A stretch of 64,000 bases of DNA from Verrucomicrobiota bacterium (GCA_018239845.1 JAFEGO010000055.1:9445-73444); one strand, 5' to 3'; positions 8,314 to 21,200 are shown, counted from the stretch's first letter. Made by a program: numbers and translations. Notes: a model not told the origin generated them from the letters alone.

Positions 8314-10191
8314 TCAATCCCGCGGGTCGGCGTCGTCGCCGTCGGTGATCTTGGTGTTGATGGCGCCCTGCTTTTTCACCGCGATCCAGCCGCGGACGTT
8401 TTCCTCGAGGATGTCGAGCGGCACGGGGCCGTCCTTCAGCACGACGTCGTGGAACTGGCGGATGTCGAACTTGGCCCCGAGCTCCTTCGTGGCGAGGGCG
8501 CGCAGCTCGAGGATCTTCATCATGCCCACCTTGTAGGCGGTGGCCTGGCCGGCCATGACGATGTAGCGGTTGGTCTCGCTCAGGATGTCACGGTCGCTGT
8601 TAGGCGTATTCGCATGGAGCCAGTCGAGCACCTGCTGGCGCGTCCAGTGTTTGTCGTGCAAACCGGTGTCCACCACGAGGCGCGCGGCGCGCCATAGCTC
8701 CATCGAGAGCCGGCCGAAGTCGGAGTACGGGTCCGAGTAAAAACCCATCTCCTTCGGGATGCGCTCACAGTAAAGCGCCCAGCCCTCGACGTAGGCCGTG
8801 TAGTCGAAGCCGTACTTGCGGAACTTCGGGATGCCCTCCAGCTCCTGTGCGATCGCGATCTGCATGTGGTGGCCGGGGATGCCCTCGTGGTAGGCAAGCG
8901 CCTCCATCTCGTACTTCGGCACGGCGCCCATCTCATAGAGATTCACGTAGTACGTGCCGGGGCGCGTGCCGTCGATGGCGGGCTGCTCGTAAAACGCACC
9001 GCCGCTCTCGCGCTCGCGGAAGGGCTCGACCGCCTTCACCACGATCGGCGCTTTCGGCTTCGTGAGGAACAGCTCGTCGAGCCGGCCGCGCATCGTGTCG
9101 ATGATCTTGGTCGCGCCCGCGAGGTAGGCCGCCTTGCCCTCGGCGGTATTGGGAAAATAAAACTGCGGGTCCTCCTTCATGAACTTGAAGAACGCGTGGA
9201 GGTCGCCCTTGAAGCCGACCTTCGTCTTGATCTGCTCCATCTCGCCGTGGATGCGCGCGACCTCCTTGAGGCCGAGCTCGTGGATCTGGTCGGCGGTGAG
9301 GTCGGTCGTGGTCATCTGGCGCAGCTCGTAGCGGTAGTAGTCCGCACCGTCGGGAAATTTCCACACGCCGTCGTCATTCGTCGCCACCTTCTCCAGCGAC
9401 TCCAACTCGGCGATCAGCGCGGTGTACGCGGGCTTCACGGAATTGAGCAGCGCGCGCTTGGCCTCGGCGACGAGACGGTCGCGCGTGGCGGGATCGGTGT
9501 CGGGGAGCTTCGAGACCTTTTGCTCAAAATCCTCCAGCAGCGCGCTCGGCTTGCCCGACTGGTCGAAAGGCGCGCCGGTGATGATCCCGCGCGAGGAATC
9601 CAGCACGAGGGGAAACACGAACTTCGGCGGCACGATGCCCTTGGCCCGGCGGATCTCGAGGCCCGCGATGAGCTGGTCGAACTTCACCTTCAGGCCGTTG
9701 AGGCGGTCGATGTAGGCCTGCGCGTCCTTCACGTCGCTGACCGTGTGCATATTGACGAGCAGCGCCACGACCCCCGTGTGCTGGCCGAACATCTGGTTGA
9801 CCGGATAGTCGTAGTAGCGCCAGCGGTAGGCCTCGATCGCGCTCTCCGCCGAGCGGACCCAGAGGCGGTAGCTGAGCTGCGTCTGGTGGTTGAGCGCGGC
9901 GTAATTGATGTCGCGCTTCAGCTCCGCGAGGTGCTGCGTGAGCAGAGCGAAGTCCTCCGCCTGATGCGCCTCGGACCCGTCGTCCCACTTGCCGTAGTCC
10001 TTGCGGATGCCGAACTGGGTCTGCGTCTCGGGACTGCGGTCGATAGCCTCGTCGTAAACGCGGTCGAAGAACGCGTTGGCCTTCGCGGACTCGGCCGCAA
10101 TCTGTTCAGCAGTGAAGCCAGCCGCGAAGCCCTGCACCGCACCGGCAAAAAACGCGGCCACCAGCGCCGCCCGCGAAAGAAGATATTTCAT
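8314..10191 (-). CDS. DUF885 family protein (putative secreted metallopeptidase-like)
   Basis: Signal peptide from the internal ATG 10191 (MKYLLSRAALVAAFFAGAVQG). Contains LAYHEGIPGHHMQ, characteristic of DUF885. Confidence 0.87.
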   Translation of the reverse strand: MKYLLSRAALVAAFFAGAVQGFAAGFTAEQIAAESAKANAFFDRVYDEAIDRSPETQTQFGIRKDYGKWDDGSEAHQAEDFALLTQHLAELKRDINYAALNHQTQLSYRLWVRSAESAIEAYRWRYYDYPVNQMFGQHTGVVALLVNMHTVSDVKDAQAYIDRLNGLKVKFDQLIAGLEIRRAKGIVPPKFVFPLVLDSSRGIITGAPFDQSGKPSALLEDFEQKVSKLPDTDPATRDRLVAEAKRALLNSVKPAYTALIAELESLEKVATNDDGVWKFPDGADYYRYELRQMTTTDLTADQIHELGLKEVARIHGEMEQIKTKVGFKGDLHAFFKFMKEDPQFYFPNTAEGKAAYLAGATKIIDTMRGRLDELFLTKPKAPIVVKAVEPFRERESGGAFYEQPAIDGTRPGTYYVNLYEMGAVPKYEMEALAYHEGIPGHHMQIAIAQELEGIPKFRKYGFDYTAYVEGWALYCERIPKEMGFYSDPYSDFGRLSMELWRAARLVVDTGLHDKHWTRQQVLDWLHANTPNSDRDILSETNRYIVMAGQATAYKVGMMKILELRALATKELGAKFDIRQFHDVVLKDGPVPLDILEENVRGWIAVKKQGAINTKITDGDDADPRD

Positions 10192-10262
10192 GCCCGCATC
10201 CCACTGCACGTGCCGTGCCGGCGCAAGCCCGTGTCATAAAAGAATGCGACGCCTCTGCGCGC

Positions 10263-12140
10263 TCAGGCCAGCAGGCGCGCGGTGATCCCTGAAAACTCGG
10301 CGGTGCCGCCGTGGGCGAAGAAGGCCACGCAGTTGGAGTCGCCGCGCACCACGCGCGCAACCAGCGTGCGCCGGCCGTCCACGCTCACGTCCACGATGTC
10401 GGACCTCACTACCACGCGGAAGGCAAAGGGCCGGTCCAGCCCGGTCACGCCGTCGATGGAAACGGTTTCCCCTGCGCCCGCGTCGTTGGTGCTGCCGAGC
10501 GAAATCGCCACGCGTTGTTGCGCCGGCTCGAAGCGCACCTCGATCCCGTCGCGCACGCGCAGGCCGAAGCCCGCCACACCCGCGCCGGGCTTCACCTTCG
10601 CGTCGAGCAGGTAGCCGAAGGGCGTTTCACCGAGGAGGATACCGGGACCGTCCACCGGCGCAGCCTTGGCCGCGAGCGGCAGCTTCTCCTCGGTCGCCGG
10701 GATCAGCTCCGCGGGCCACTGCGTGCCGAGCGTGCCGTCGGGGTGCTGAATGAGTTCGCGGAAGACCACGCTGCCGCCCCAGCCGCCGTCGGGCACAAAG
10801 GCCGCGCCGAGGCGACGGTCGTCCTTGAACGCCGCGGTCTTCAGCACGTACGCGCACGCGCCGTCGAAGGTATCCGAAGCCGGCCGCTCCCACGGGCCGA
10901 GCGCGTGCCGCGACATCCGGTAGTACGTCACGCCGCGGAGGCTGAACAGCAGGTAATACCAGCCGCGCCACTCGAAATAGTCCGCGCACTCGGGGTGGTC
11001 GGCCGAGCCGGGCGTTAAAAACGGCGCGCGCTGCTCCCACTGCTCGAGGTCGCGCGAGACGAGTTCCGCGAGGCAGCCGTCCCCGCCGGCGAGCGCCGTC
11101 GTCACGAGCATGTGAAACAGCCCGGTCGCCGCATCGCGAAACACCACGGGGTCGCGTCCCGCCTGCGCATCGTACGGCGCGCCGAGCGTCGCGAGCGCGG
11201 CGCCTTTCACAAAATGGATCCCGTCGCGGCTCGTGGCGACGCCGAGCGGCGAAGGCGAGCCGTCGGCCATGCGCACGGCATAAAACGCGCGGTAAACCCC
11301 GGCGTGGAAAAACACCGAGCCCGTGCAGATGGAGCCCGTCGCGTGGCCGTCGATCGCGAGCGCGAGCGGATGATGCTCCCAGTGCACGAGATCCGTCGTC
11401 GAGGCGTGGGCCCACTGGTGGCCGCCACAGCCCCACATGCTCGCGTGGTGCCGCCGGTCGATCAGGTAGAAGAGATGAAACCGCCCGGCGTGGAAGAACG
11501 GCATGCAGTCGCCGACATTCACGTTGAAGCCGCGCGGCCGCCAGTACTGGCCGACCGGCCGCACCGGGCCGAGGTAGCGGTCCTCGCGTGCCGCGAGTCC
11601 GGCGCGGCCGCCGGAAACCGCCTGCACCCCGGCGTCGTCCAGCGCCCGCGACCAGAGCGAGAGCCGGCTGACGCCCGCAGCACCGGCCTTACGCGCGGCT
11701 TTGATCGCCGCGGGATTGTGCGTCGGGAGTACGCGGCCGTGCGGCCACTCCTCATCGACGAGCACACCATCCACCAGCAGCTCCAGCCGGTGGCCGAGAT
11801 GGCGCACCACGATCTCGTGCGCCTCGGCGGGCCCGAACGCCGTAACCGGCACCGCGAGCCGGAGCGGCGCGGGTTTCGCATCGAAGGAAAGTTCGCAGAC
11901 CAGCAGGCACGGGCCGTCCGCCACCACCGTGTACAGGCGCAGCACCGGGCCGCCATCCGCGCCGCGCCAGAAGAGCAGGTCGCCGGTGAAGTCGGCCTCC
12001 AACCGCTCAAGCCGCACGGCCAGCGTGAAGGTATCCGCCCCGGGAAACACCGGCCAGGAAACATCGGCGGCGTGGGCGGGCTGCCAGACAAAATCAGGGG
12101 TGAGTTTGGCGGGGGAAGGCACGATGGAAACGGAAATCAT
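10263..12140 (-). CDS. glycoside hydrolase family 32-like (clan GH-J) with N-terminal lectin-like domain
   Basis: Three clan GH-J catalytic-type motifs in order: VGDCMPFFHAGRFHLFY (nucleophile Asp block), GRDPVVF (RDP) and HPECADYFEW (EC). 625 aa with no obvious signal peptide. Confidence 0.78.
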   Translation of the reverse strand: MISVSIVPSPAKLTPDFVWQPAHAADVSWPVFPGADTFTLAVRLERLEADFTGDLLFWRGADGGPVLRLYTVVADGPCLLVCELSFDAKPAPLRLAVPVTAFGPAEAHEIVVRHLGHRLELLVDGVLVDEEWPHGRVLPTHNPAAIKAARKAGAAGVSRLSLWSRALDDAGVQAVSGGRAGLAAREDRYLGPVRPVGQYWRPRGFNVNVGDCMPFFHAGRFHLFYLIDRRHHASMWGCGGHQWAHASTTDLVHWEHHPLALAIDGHATGSICTGSVFFHAGVYRAFYAVRMADGSPSPLGVATSRDGIHFVKGAALATLGAPYDAQAGRDPVVFRDAATGLFHMLVTTALAGGDGCLAELVSRDLEQWEQRAPFLTPGSADHPECADYFEWRGWYYLLFSLRGVTYYRMSRHALGPWERPASDTFDGACAYVLKTAAFKDDRRLGAAFVPDGGWGGSVVFRELIQHPDGTLGTQWPAELIPATEEKLPLAAKAAPVDGPGILLGETPFGYLLDAKVKPGAGVAGFGLRVRDGIEVRFEPAQQRVAISLGSTNDAGAGETVSIDGVTGLDRPFAFRVVVRSDIVDVSVDGRRTLVARVVRGDSNCVAFFAHGGTAEFSGITARLLA

Positions 12141-12224
12141 GGATTCAGCGCCGGCGCACCGAGGCCACTCTATTTTTCCCCACGCGAAGAACGATCAGCC
12201 GCGGGCGCGCCAACCCGGCGCGCC

Positions 12225-15200
12225 TCATGGCATGAGGTAGATCTCGACGAGGCCGACTCCGGTGGTGCGGTTGACCCCGGACACCTGCGCCGTGTAGGTG
12301 CCGGAGGCCAGCGTCACCAGCATCGCCGCGTCCTTCGAGCTGTCCGAGGCCAGCGCGCCCGCTCCGACGGTCGCGAACGCCGTCTTCAGCTCCGTCGTGC
12401 CGCCCCAGTTGTCGTTCGTCCCGATCAGCACGGTGTCGTTGTTATCCTTGTTGTACAGGTAGAGCTGCGGATCCGCCAAAGCGCCGGGCACCCCCAAGGA
12501 AGTCAGCGTCGGACCCACACCGCGGATCAGCAGCGTCTTCGGACTGTTGCCCTGGATGACGAAGCCCAGAATCAGGATGCTGGCATCCACGCCCACCTGG
12601 GTGCGGGCCGAGATGTTCACCACTTCCGCTCCGGTCGCGTTCGTGTCCGCGTCGTAGAGCTCGGCGAGGACCACACCGGTCCCGGTGGTCGCAGGATACA
12701 CGTGCATCGAGTACGGGCCCGCGGCCAGTTGCTCGTACAAGGCCGCGTCCTTCGAGTTCGCGGCGAACGGCGTCGCGCCGAGGCTCCCGATCAGGGTCGC
12801 CAAGCTGTTATCCCAGTTGTCGTTGAAGTCGAGCTGCGTGGTGTTCTTGTCCAAGAGACGGATCGCCGGATCGGTAATGGCATCCGGCACCCCCAGGGGA
12901 ATCAGGGTCGGGCCCACGCCGCGCAAGAGCAGGCTCTTGGCGCCGCTGCCGCCCACCACCAGGCCCACGATCAGTGTCTGCGCGCCCGTGCCTGCCTGGC
13001 TGCGCACCGAGAGGTTTACGACCCGGACCACGGGCGTCACGGTGGAGGCGATACCGTTGTACACGACCGGCGTGCCGCCAGCCGGGGTCACCGTCGCACT
13101 GAGTCTCTGGCCGTTGACCTGCAGGGTCAGGCTGGCGCCGCTGTTGGTCGTCGCAATCAACTGGCCCGTGGCATTGACCGTGCCGTTGGCCCCATCGACC
13201 GCCGCGCCCGTCGTGACGACGAGCGCCTGACCGGAAGGGCTGACGATCGCGTAGGTCGTGCTGCTGGTCGTGCCGAGGGCACTCGCGGTATAGTAACCGG
13301 CGTTGGCCGGGGCGGGGCCGGCGGTGAGATCGGCCGTGCCGGCGAGGGTCTCGCCCAACCCGGCGAGCTGACCGGTGATGGTACCGTCGGAGTTGATACG
13401 CCCGGCCAGCGTGAAGGCCGCGGCGGCCGTCGCGGTGCGGACGACGGGGGCCTCGGGATTCGCGAGCGCGAGGCTGCTGACCGTGGTGGCGGCGGCCGCC
13501 CCGATCTCCGTGCCGGCGACGGTGAAGGTCCCATCAGTACCGACCGTGGGATTCGCCACGATCGCGCTCGAGCGTGCGGGCAGGTAGGCAAGATAGGTCG
13601 CGGTGGCATCGCGGCGCACGTAGAGCGCCCAGCGCCCGCCCGAGCCGAAGGTGCCGAAGTAGGTGCCGGTGTAGTCGCCCGGCGTGATGGTGAGCGTGCC
13701 CGGCACGTAGGTGAAGGTGTAGTTCGCCGCGCTGCCGCCGCTGAGCGTGATCGGATAAGTGCCGGCGGCACTCGCGGTCGTGGCCGTGGTGCTGGCCGTG
13801 GGCGGGGTGATCGCGGCGACCGTGTCGTTGTTGACGAAGCCGCGGTAGCTGATCGTGAAGGCGGGATTGGCGGCGCCGAACAGGCGCGTCTGGTCCGCCG
13901 CCGTGGCGGTGAGCGTGGCCTTGGTGATGGTGAGCACGCCACCGAGGTTCGTGAGCGTGTAGTTGGCGGCGCTGCCACCGGTGAGCGTGACAGGATAGGC
14001 TCCGACGGGGCTCGCCGCGGTGGCGACCGTAGCGGCCACGGGAGGCGTGATCGCGGCGGCCGTGTCACCGTTCACAAAGCCGCTGTAAGTGAGGGTGAGG
14101 GCGGGATTGGCGGCGCCATAAACGCGCGACGGACTCGCGGCCGTGATCGTGAGCGAAGCCTTCGCCACGGTGAACGTGCGGTCCACGTCCGGCGCGGCGG
14201 CATGGGTCGCATCGCCCGCCTGGCTCGCACGGAGCGTGACTGCGCCGACCCCGGTGAGGCTGAGCGTGCCGTTGGCCAGCGTGGCGGGGCCGCTCACCAC
14301 CGTGAGCGTGACCGGCAGCGCCGAATCGGCCGTGGCGCTGACCGCGAAAGGCGCAGCGCCGTAGGTACGGTCGGCCAGGGCCGCGAAGGTGATCTGCTGC
14401 GCCGCCTTGCCCACCGCAAAACTCTGATCGACGGGCGTGGCTGCGAGGTGATTGGCATCGCCCGCCTGCGCGGCGCGGATCGTCACCGTGCCCGCCCCGG
14501 TGACCGTGACGGTGCGGCCGTTGGTGAGGGTCGCCGGACCGGACAACACACTGAACGTCACCGGCAGGCCGGAGCTGGCGGTCGCGGATAAGTCGAAGGG
14601 CTGGCCACCCAGCGTGATGTCGCCGAGCGCGCCGAAGGTGATGACGTTGGCGGCCTTGGCGATGGTGAGCGTGCCGGTGGCCCCGCCCTGATAATTGGCG
14701 TCGCTGACCGTGGCGGCCACGGCGTAGCTGCCAGCCGCGGTCGGGGCCGCAGCGCCGCCGTTGTAGGTCAGCACCGTGGTCAGGCCCGCGGGCGTGGTCG
14801 CAGCGGTGGCGGATTTCGCCGTGCCGTCGTAGGTCGCGGCGAGATTGCCCAGCGTCACCGTCGCCGTGGCCTGGTTGATCGTGAGCGTGCCCGCGGCGGG
14901 GGTAAAAGTGTAGTTGGCCGCCGTGCCGCCAGTGACCGTGATCGGGTAGGTCCCCACCGGAGAGAGGGAGGTAGCCGTGGTGGCGGCGACGGGGGCCGTG
15001 AGAATCGCCGACCCATCGTCGCCATTCACGAAGCCGCTGTAGGTGATCGTAAAGATGGGGTTCGCCACGCCGTAGAGCCGCGCCTGGTCATCCGCTTTCG
15101 CCGTGAGCGCGGCCTTGGTCACGGTGAGGGTGCCGGGGACGTAGGTGAATGCGTAGTTCGCGGCGCTGCCGCCGGAAACCGTGATCGCATAGGTATCCGC

Positions 15201-18200
15201 AGCGCTCGCGACGGTGGCCGTGGTGGCGGCGGCCGGCAACGCGGTGAGCGCGGAGGTATCCTCGTGGTTCACGAAGCCGCTATACTTGAGCGTGAGCGCG
15301 GGGTTGGCGGCGCCATAAACGCGCGTCTGGTCGTCGGCCGTGACCGTGAGCGGTGCCGGGGCCACGGTGAAGGTGCGCTCGACATCAGCCGCGGCGGTAA
15401 AGCTGGCGTTGCCCGCCTGGCTGGCTCGAAGGGTGACATCACCGGCGCCGGTGAAGGTGAGCTGGCCGTTGGCCAGCGTGGCCGGGCCGCTCGCGACGAC
15501 GAGGGTGACGGGCAGCCCGGAGTCGGCCGTGGCGCTGACCGCAAAGGGCGCGTCGCCGTAGATGTGATCCGCGGGCGCGACAAAGGTGATCTGCTGGTTG
15601 GCCTTGCCGACGACGAAGCTCTGATCGACGGGTGCAGCCGCGAGGTGGTTCGCATCGCCCGCCTGCGTAGCGCGGATGATCGCCGTGCCCGCGCCGGTGA
15701 GGGTGACGGTGTGGCCGTTGGTGAGGGTCGCGGGCCCGGAGAGTACGCTGAACGTCACCGGCAATCCGGAGCTCGCAGTGGCCGCGACGTCGAAGGGCTG
15801 GTTGAGCGCCGTGACGCCGCCGGGCGGGTTGAAGGTGATGACGTTGGCCGCCTTCGCGATCGTGAGCGTGCCGCTCGCGGTGCCGGCGTAGTTGGCGTCG
15901 TTGACCGTCGCGACGACGACATAGCTGCCGGCCTCGGTCGGTACGGTTGCGCCGCCGCCGTAGGTCAGCGTGGTGGCGAGCCCCTGCGGCGCGGTGGTGG
16001 CCGTCGCGGATTTCGGCGTGCCATCGTACGTCGGACTGAGATTGCCCAGCGTCACCGTGGCGGCGGCCTTCGCAATCGCCAGGGTGCCGCTGGCCGTGCC
16101 GGTGTAATTGGCGTCATTGACCGTCGCGACCACGGCATAGCTGCCGGCAAGCGTAGGCGCGGTGGCGTTGCCGTCGTAGGTAAAGGCAACAGCGAGGCCC
16201 GCGGGCGTGGTCGTGGCCGTGGCGGACTTCGCCGTGCCGCTGTAGGTCTGGGCGAGGCTGCCAAGCGTGACGGTGGCGACGGCCTTCGCGATCGTGAGCG
16301 TGCCGCTGGCGGTGCCGGTGTAATTGGCGTTGTTGATCGTGGCGACCACCGCGTAGCTGCCGGCGTTGACCGGTGCGGTGGAGCCGCCGTCGTAAGTGTA
16401 GGTGGCGCTGAGGCCGGCGGGCACGGTCGTCACGGTGGCCACCTTCGCCGAGCCGTTGTAAGTCTGGGCGAGGCTGCCCAGCGCGACGGTGGCGACGGCC
16501 TTGGTGATCGTAAGCGTGCCGCTGGCGGGCGTGATGGCGTAGTTCGCCGCGCTGCCGCCTGAGACGGTGATCGGATAGGTGCCGGCGGCGGTCGTGAGCG
16601 TAGCGGCGGCGGAGGCAGTAGGCGGGGTCGTGAGCGCGCTGACGTCCTCGTTGTTCACAAAGCCCGTGTAGGTGATCGTGAATACAGGATTGGCGGTGTT
16701 ATACACGCGGGATTGGTTGTCGGCCTTTGCCGTGAGCGGGGCCTTGGTGACGGTGAGCGTGCCATTGACCGGTGTGATGGCGTAGTTCGCCGCGGCTCCG
16801 CCGGTGACCGTGATAGGATAGCCGCCCACCACCACGGGGCTCGTGGAGTCGGCGAGGGTCGCGGCGACCGGCGCGGCGGTGAGCACGGCGGCGGTCTCAT
16901 TGTACACAAAGCCGCTGTAGCTCAGCGTGAGCGCGGGGTTGGCAGCGCCGTAGGCGCGCGACTGATTAACTGCAGTGACCGTGAGCGGGGCCTTGCCGAT
17001 GGTGAAGCTCTGCTCGACCCCGGCCGCGGCGCCGTAGGTGCTGTCGCCGGCTTGATCCGCGCGGAGCGTGACGACGCCGGTACCGGTGATGGTGAGCGTG
17101 CCGCCCGTGACCGTGGCGGGGCCGGAGAGCACGGTGTAGCTGATCCGCAGGCCGCTGCTCGCCGTGCCGCCGAGGGCGAAAGGCGCCGCGCCGTACACCT
17201 GATCGGCGGGTGCGCTGAAGGTGATCGTCTGCGCGGCGGCGGTGACAGTGAGCACACCAGGCACGCGGACCAGCGTGTAGTTGGCCGCGCTGCCGCCGCT
17301 GAGCGTGATCGGGTACGTGCCGACCGGGCTGGAGAGATCGGCAGTCGTGGCGATACTCGGCACGGGCGTGACCACGGAGGCATCCTCGCCGTTGACAAAG
17401 CCGCTGTAGGCGAAGGTCAGCGCGGGGTTGGCGGTGTTGTAGGCGCGGAATTTGTTGTCCGCGGTGACCGTGAGCGTCGCGGGCGTGACGGTGAGCGTGC
17501 CGGGCACCAAGGTGAGCACATAGTTGGCCGCGCTGCCGCCGCTGAGCGTGATCGGGTATCCGGTGGTGGTGTTGACCGCGCTCGCCGCCGTCGCCGCCGT
17601 GGCAGCCACGGGCGCCGTGATCGCGGCGGCGGTCTCATTGTTCACGAAGCCGCTGTACCTGAGCGTAAACGAGGGGTTGGCCGCGCCGTAGGTGCGCGAC
17701 TTGTCATCCGCGGTGATGGTAAGCGGCGCGGGTGCGACCGTGAAACTCCGGTCCACCGGGGTCGCTGCGGCATAGTTGCCACCGCCCGCCTGCGCGGCGC
17801 GCACCGTGACCGTGCCTGCGCCGGTCAGCGTGACTACACCCGCGGAAATGGTTGCCGGTCCCGAGACAACCGTGAGGCCCACCGTCAGTCCGCTGTCCGC
17901 CGTGGCGGCGACGCCGAAGGGGGCGGCCCCGTAGGTTTTGTCCGCGAGCGCGCCAAACGTGATCACCTGCGGGGCAGTCGTGACGGTGAGTGTGCCGGAC
18001 ACGAACGTGAACGCATAGTTGGCCGCGCTGCCACCCGACAACGTGATCGGATAGGTCCCGACCGGGCTCCCGATGACCGCAGTGGTGGCCGGCGTAGGCG
18101 CCGTGATCACCGTCGCGGTCTCGTTGTTCGCAAAGCCGCTATAGCTGAGGGTGAACGCAGGATTGGCGGTGTTGTAAACGCGGGCCTGGTTGTCGGCGGT

Positions 18201-21200
18201 GATGGTGAGCGGGGCCTTGGCGACGGTGAGCGTGCCGGGCACGAGTACGAACGTGTAGTTGGCCGCGCTGCCCCCGCTGAGTGTGATCGGATAACCGCCC
18301 GCGACGACCGGGCTCGTCGCGGTCGCGGTGGTCGAGGCGACCGGAAGACTGGTCAACACCGAGGCATTTTCCCCCAGCATAAAACCACTGTAGTTGAAAG
18401 TGAGCGTGGGATTCGCCGCACCATAGGCGCGGGACTGATTGGCCGCGGTGACGGTGAGCACCGCCGGGTAGATATCGTACGACTGATCGACCGGCGTGGC
18501 GGCGTTGTAATTGCCATCACCGGGCTGGCTCGCCCGCAGGGTCACGGTGCCGACCCCCGTTGTGACAATGCTGCCGTTCGCGATCGTCGCCGGTCCGGAA
18601 AGGACGGTGATCACCACCGGCAGACCGCTGGTCGCACTCGCACTGATCGAGGGTGTGCCGCCGTAGCCGATGCCGCCGGGTTTCGCGAAGGTGAGCGATT
18701 GGTTCGCGCGCACGACCGTGAGGGTGGCCGCGCCGGAGGTGGCCGTGCCCTGGCCGTTGGTCGCGACGCAGCGGAACTGCCGGCCGCTGAGGTCCATGGT
18801 CAGGCCGGTGACCGCCAGCGTCGTCGTGGTCGCGCCGCTGTAAATGCCGCCGTTGGCGAGATCGTTCCACGCGTTGCCATCGGGGCTGACTTGCCACTGG
18901 TAGCTGAGCGACGGCGCACCGGTGACCCCGACAAAGAAAGTCGCCTTGGATCCATAGGCGGCGGTCTGGTTCTGCGGCGAAGCCGCGATGACCGGAACCG
19001 TATCCGCTGTGGCATCACGAAGAACCAGGGAATAGCCCGTGCCGGACTTCACGCCGGCGACGTGATCGAGCCACGTCGGCACCGCGGAGGCGGTGGCGAG
19101 GCCCCAGGCCGACACCGTGCCGTCGCCTTTGAGGGCGAGAACCTGGGCGGAGCCCGCGGCAATGGCCGTCACATTGACCAGGCCGGAGGGCACATTGGTC
19201 TGACCGCTGGTGTTGGCGCCCCAGGCTGCGACCGTGCCGTCGGACTTGAGCGCGACGGAGAAATTGTCGCCCGCGGAAATGGCGGTCACATTGGCAAGAC
19301 CGGCCGGGATGGTCGTCTGGCCGCTGGTATTCAGGCCCCACGCCACCACCGTGCCATCCGCCTTCAAGGCGAGCGAGTGATAGCCGCCGGCGGCCACCGC
19401 GACCACGTTGCCCAGACCCGGAGGAACGACCGTCTGACCATTCGAATTGATGCCCCATGAGACCACGGTGCCGTCGTTTTTCAGCGCGAGCGAATGGAAG
19501 CCGCCCGCGGAAATCGCGATGACGCCGGACAGGTTGGCCGGCACGCTGGTTTGCCCGGGGCCGTTCACCGCGGAATTCAAGCCCCAGGCGGACACCGTGC
19601 CATCGGCCTTCAATACCACAGAAAAACTCTGGCCCGCCGCAATCGCCACGACGTTCGCGAGTCCGGCCGGGATCGTGATCTGCTTATTGACGTTGGAGCC
19701 CCAGCCGACCACCGAGCCGTCGGCCTTCAGCGCCAGCACATGCGTGCTGCCCGCCGCGAGATCGGTGACGGTCGTCAGACCGTCGGGAAACGTGAGCTGA
19801 TCCGTCGTCGGCGTGCCCCAGCCAATCACCTGGCTCGTGCTGGGCGCGACGCGCACAAAGATCGCGGCGCTCGTGGTCGTGCCCATGGTGTTGGTCACGA
19901 AGACCTGATAGTAGCCACTCGCGCCGACCTGAGCGGGTGAAATTGTGAGCGTACCGGCCGTGCCACCGGGCACGGCGAAGCCGTTGCGCTTCCATTGAAA
20001 GGTCGGCGTGCCGCTGGCGCTGATGACCGTGGCACCCAGGGTAAACGATCCGCCGGCAGCCACCACCTGGGCTCCGGTGGTCTGCGCCGTGATGACGGGC
20101 GGCGCATCGGTGACGGTCAGGGCCAGCGTGGCGCTGCCGGTGCCTTGGGTATTGGTCGCGGTGAGCGCAACCGGGAAGGTCCCCACGACTGTGGGACGGC
20201 CCGTGATCCGACCCGTGCCGGCGTCGATGCTCAGGCCGGCGGGGAGGCCCGTGGCCGTGTAAGCGGTCGGAGAGTTGGTCGCGGTCACGGCGTAGCTGAA
20301 TGGCTGGCCCGCCGCGATGCTCGCCGTGAGCGTGCCCACGATGGCGGGCGCCGTCGGCACGATCGTGCCGGTGAGGGTGTACTGGCCGATGCTCGCGTAG
20401 GACGTGTAACCGGTGGGATTCGCCACGAGCGGCGTGCCGGTGCCGACGGGGGTGAGGCGCAGGTAGTATGTGGCCGTGGCGGAGGCGATGTAGGTGAGCG
20501 AAGCGTTGGGCAAACCCGCGGGATTGCTGCTCGCGAGCGGCGTGCCGGAGGCGTCGAGGAGCTCGAGCTTGATGTCGGCATCGCCGCCGTTCGTGTTCGA
20601 CGCGGCCTTGTAAGTGGCGACGGCAAAGCTGACCGTGCCGGCTGCCGTGCTGACCGCAAACACGTCCTGGTCCGAAGCGCTGCTCAGAATCCCCGCAGCG
20701 GATACCGCAGTGCCGTTGACCGCGACGGTCGCGGTGGTGGCGAGCGTGCCGCCCGCCTCGTCGGCCCGGTAGCCGAGTTTGCCGCTGATGATCGCGAGGG
20801 CGTCCTCGGTGTTGTTTGCGAGGTAGTATTCGCCCTTCGACCACTGCGTGATGTTGTGGTCGTAAGGCGCGCCCATGATGGGTGCCCACGAGATGTCGCC
20901 GGTGCCGTGGCCGGAATAGTATTCCGAGGCGGTGCTCGCCGCATTGTTAGGGTCCTTGATCAGACCGTCGTGCGAGAGGCCGAAGTTGTGGCCGAGTTCG
21001 TGTGAGGTAGCCTCGGCGATGTAGTCGGCGCGCGAGCCGAGGTTGTTATAATAGATCAGCGCGGGCGAGTAGGTGGAGACATAGTCGCTCTGGCCGAAGA
21101 CATCGAGCCAGGCGACGCCGCCGGCGGTGCTGGAGGGCATGGTCACGCCGTTGGCATCCGAGTTTTTCGTGATGACCGCGCGGCCGGTGGTGGCAGTGAA

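Noticed and set aside
13680-18704. Possibility that the repetitive 5-kb DNA is a mobile element or satellite
   Set aside because: It is entirely in-frame within one CDS, and the repeats correspond to protein domains (Ig/MBG/YDG units).
11112-19460. Very long plus-strand ORFs (1159 aa at 11112-14591, 432 aa at 15264-16562, 915 aa at 16713-19460) opposite the giant gene
   Set aside because: They lie antisense to a CDS with clear domain homology. Their translations are Arg/Gly/Ala/Asp-rich low-complexity strings with no motifs, which is typical of stop-poor shadow frames in high-G+C DNA.
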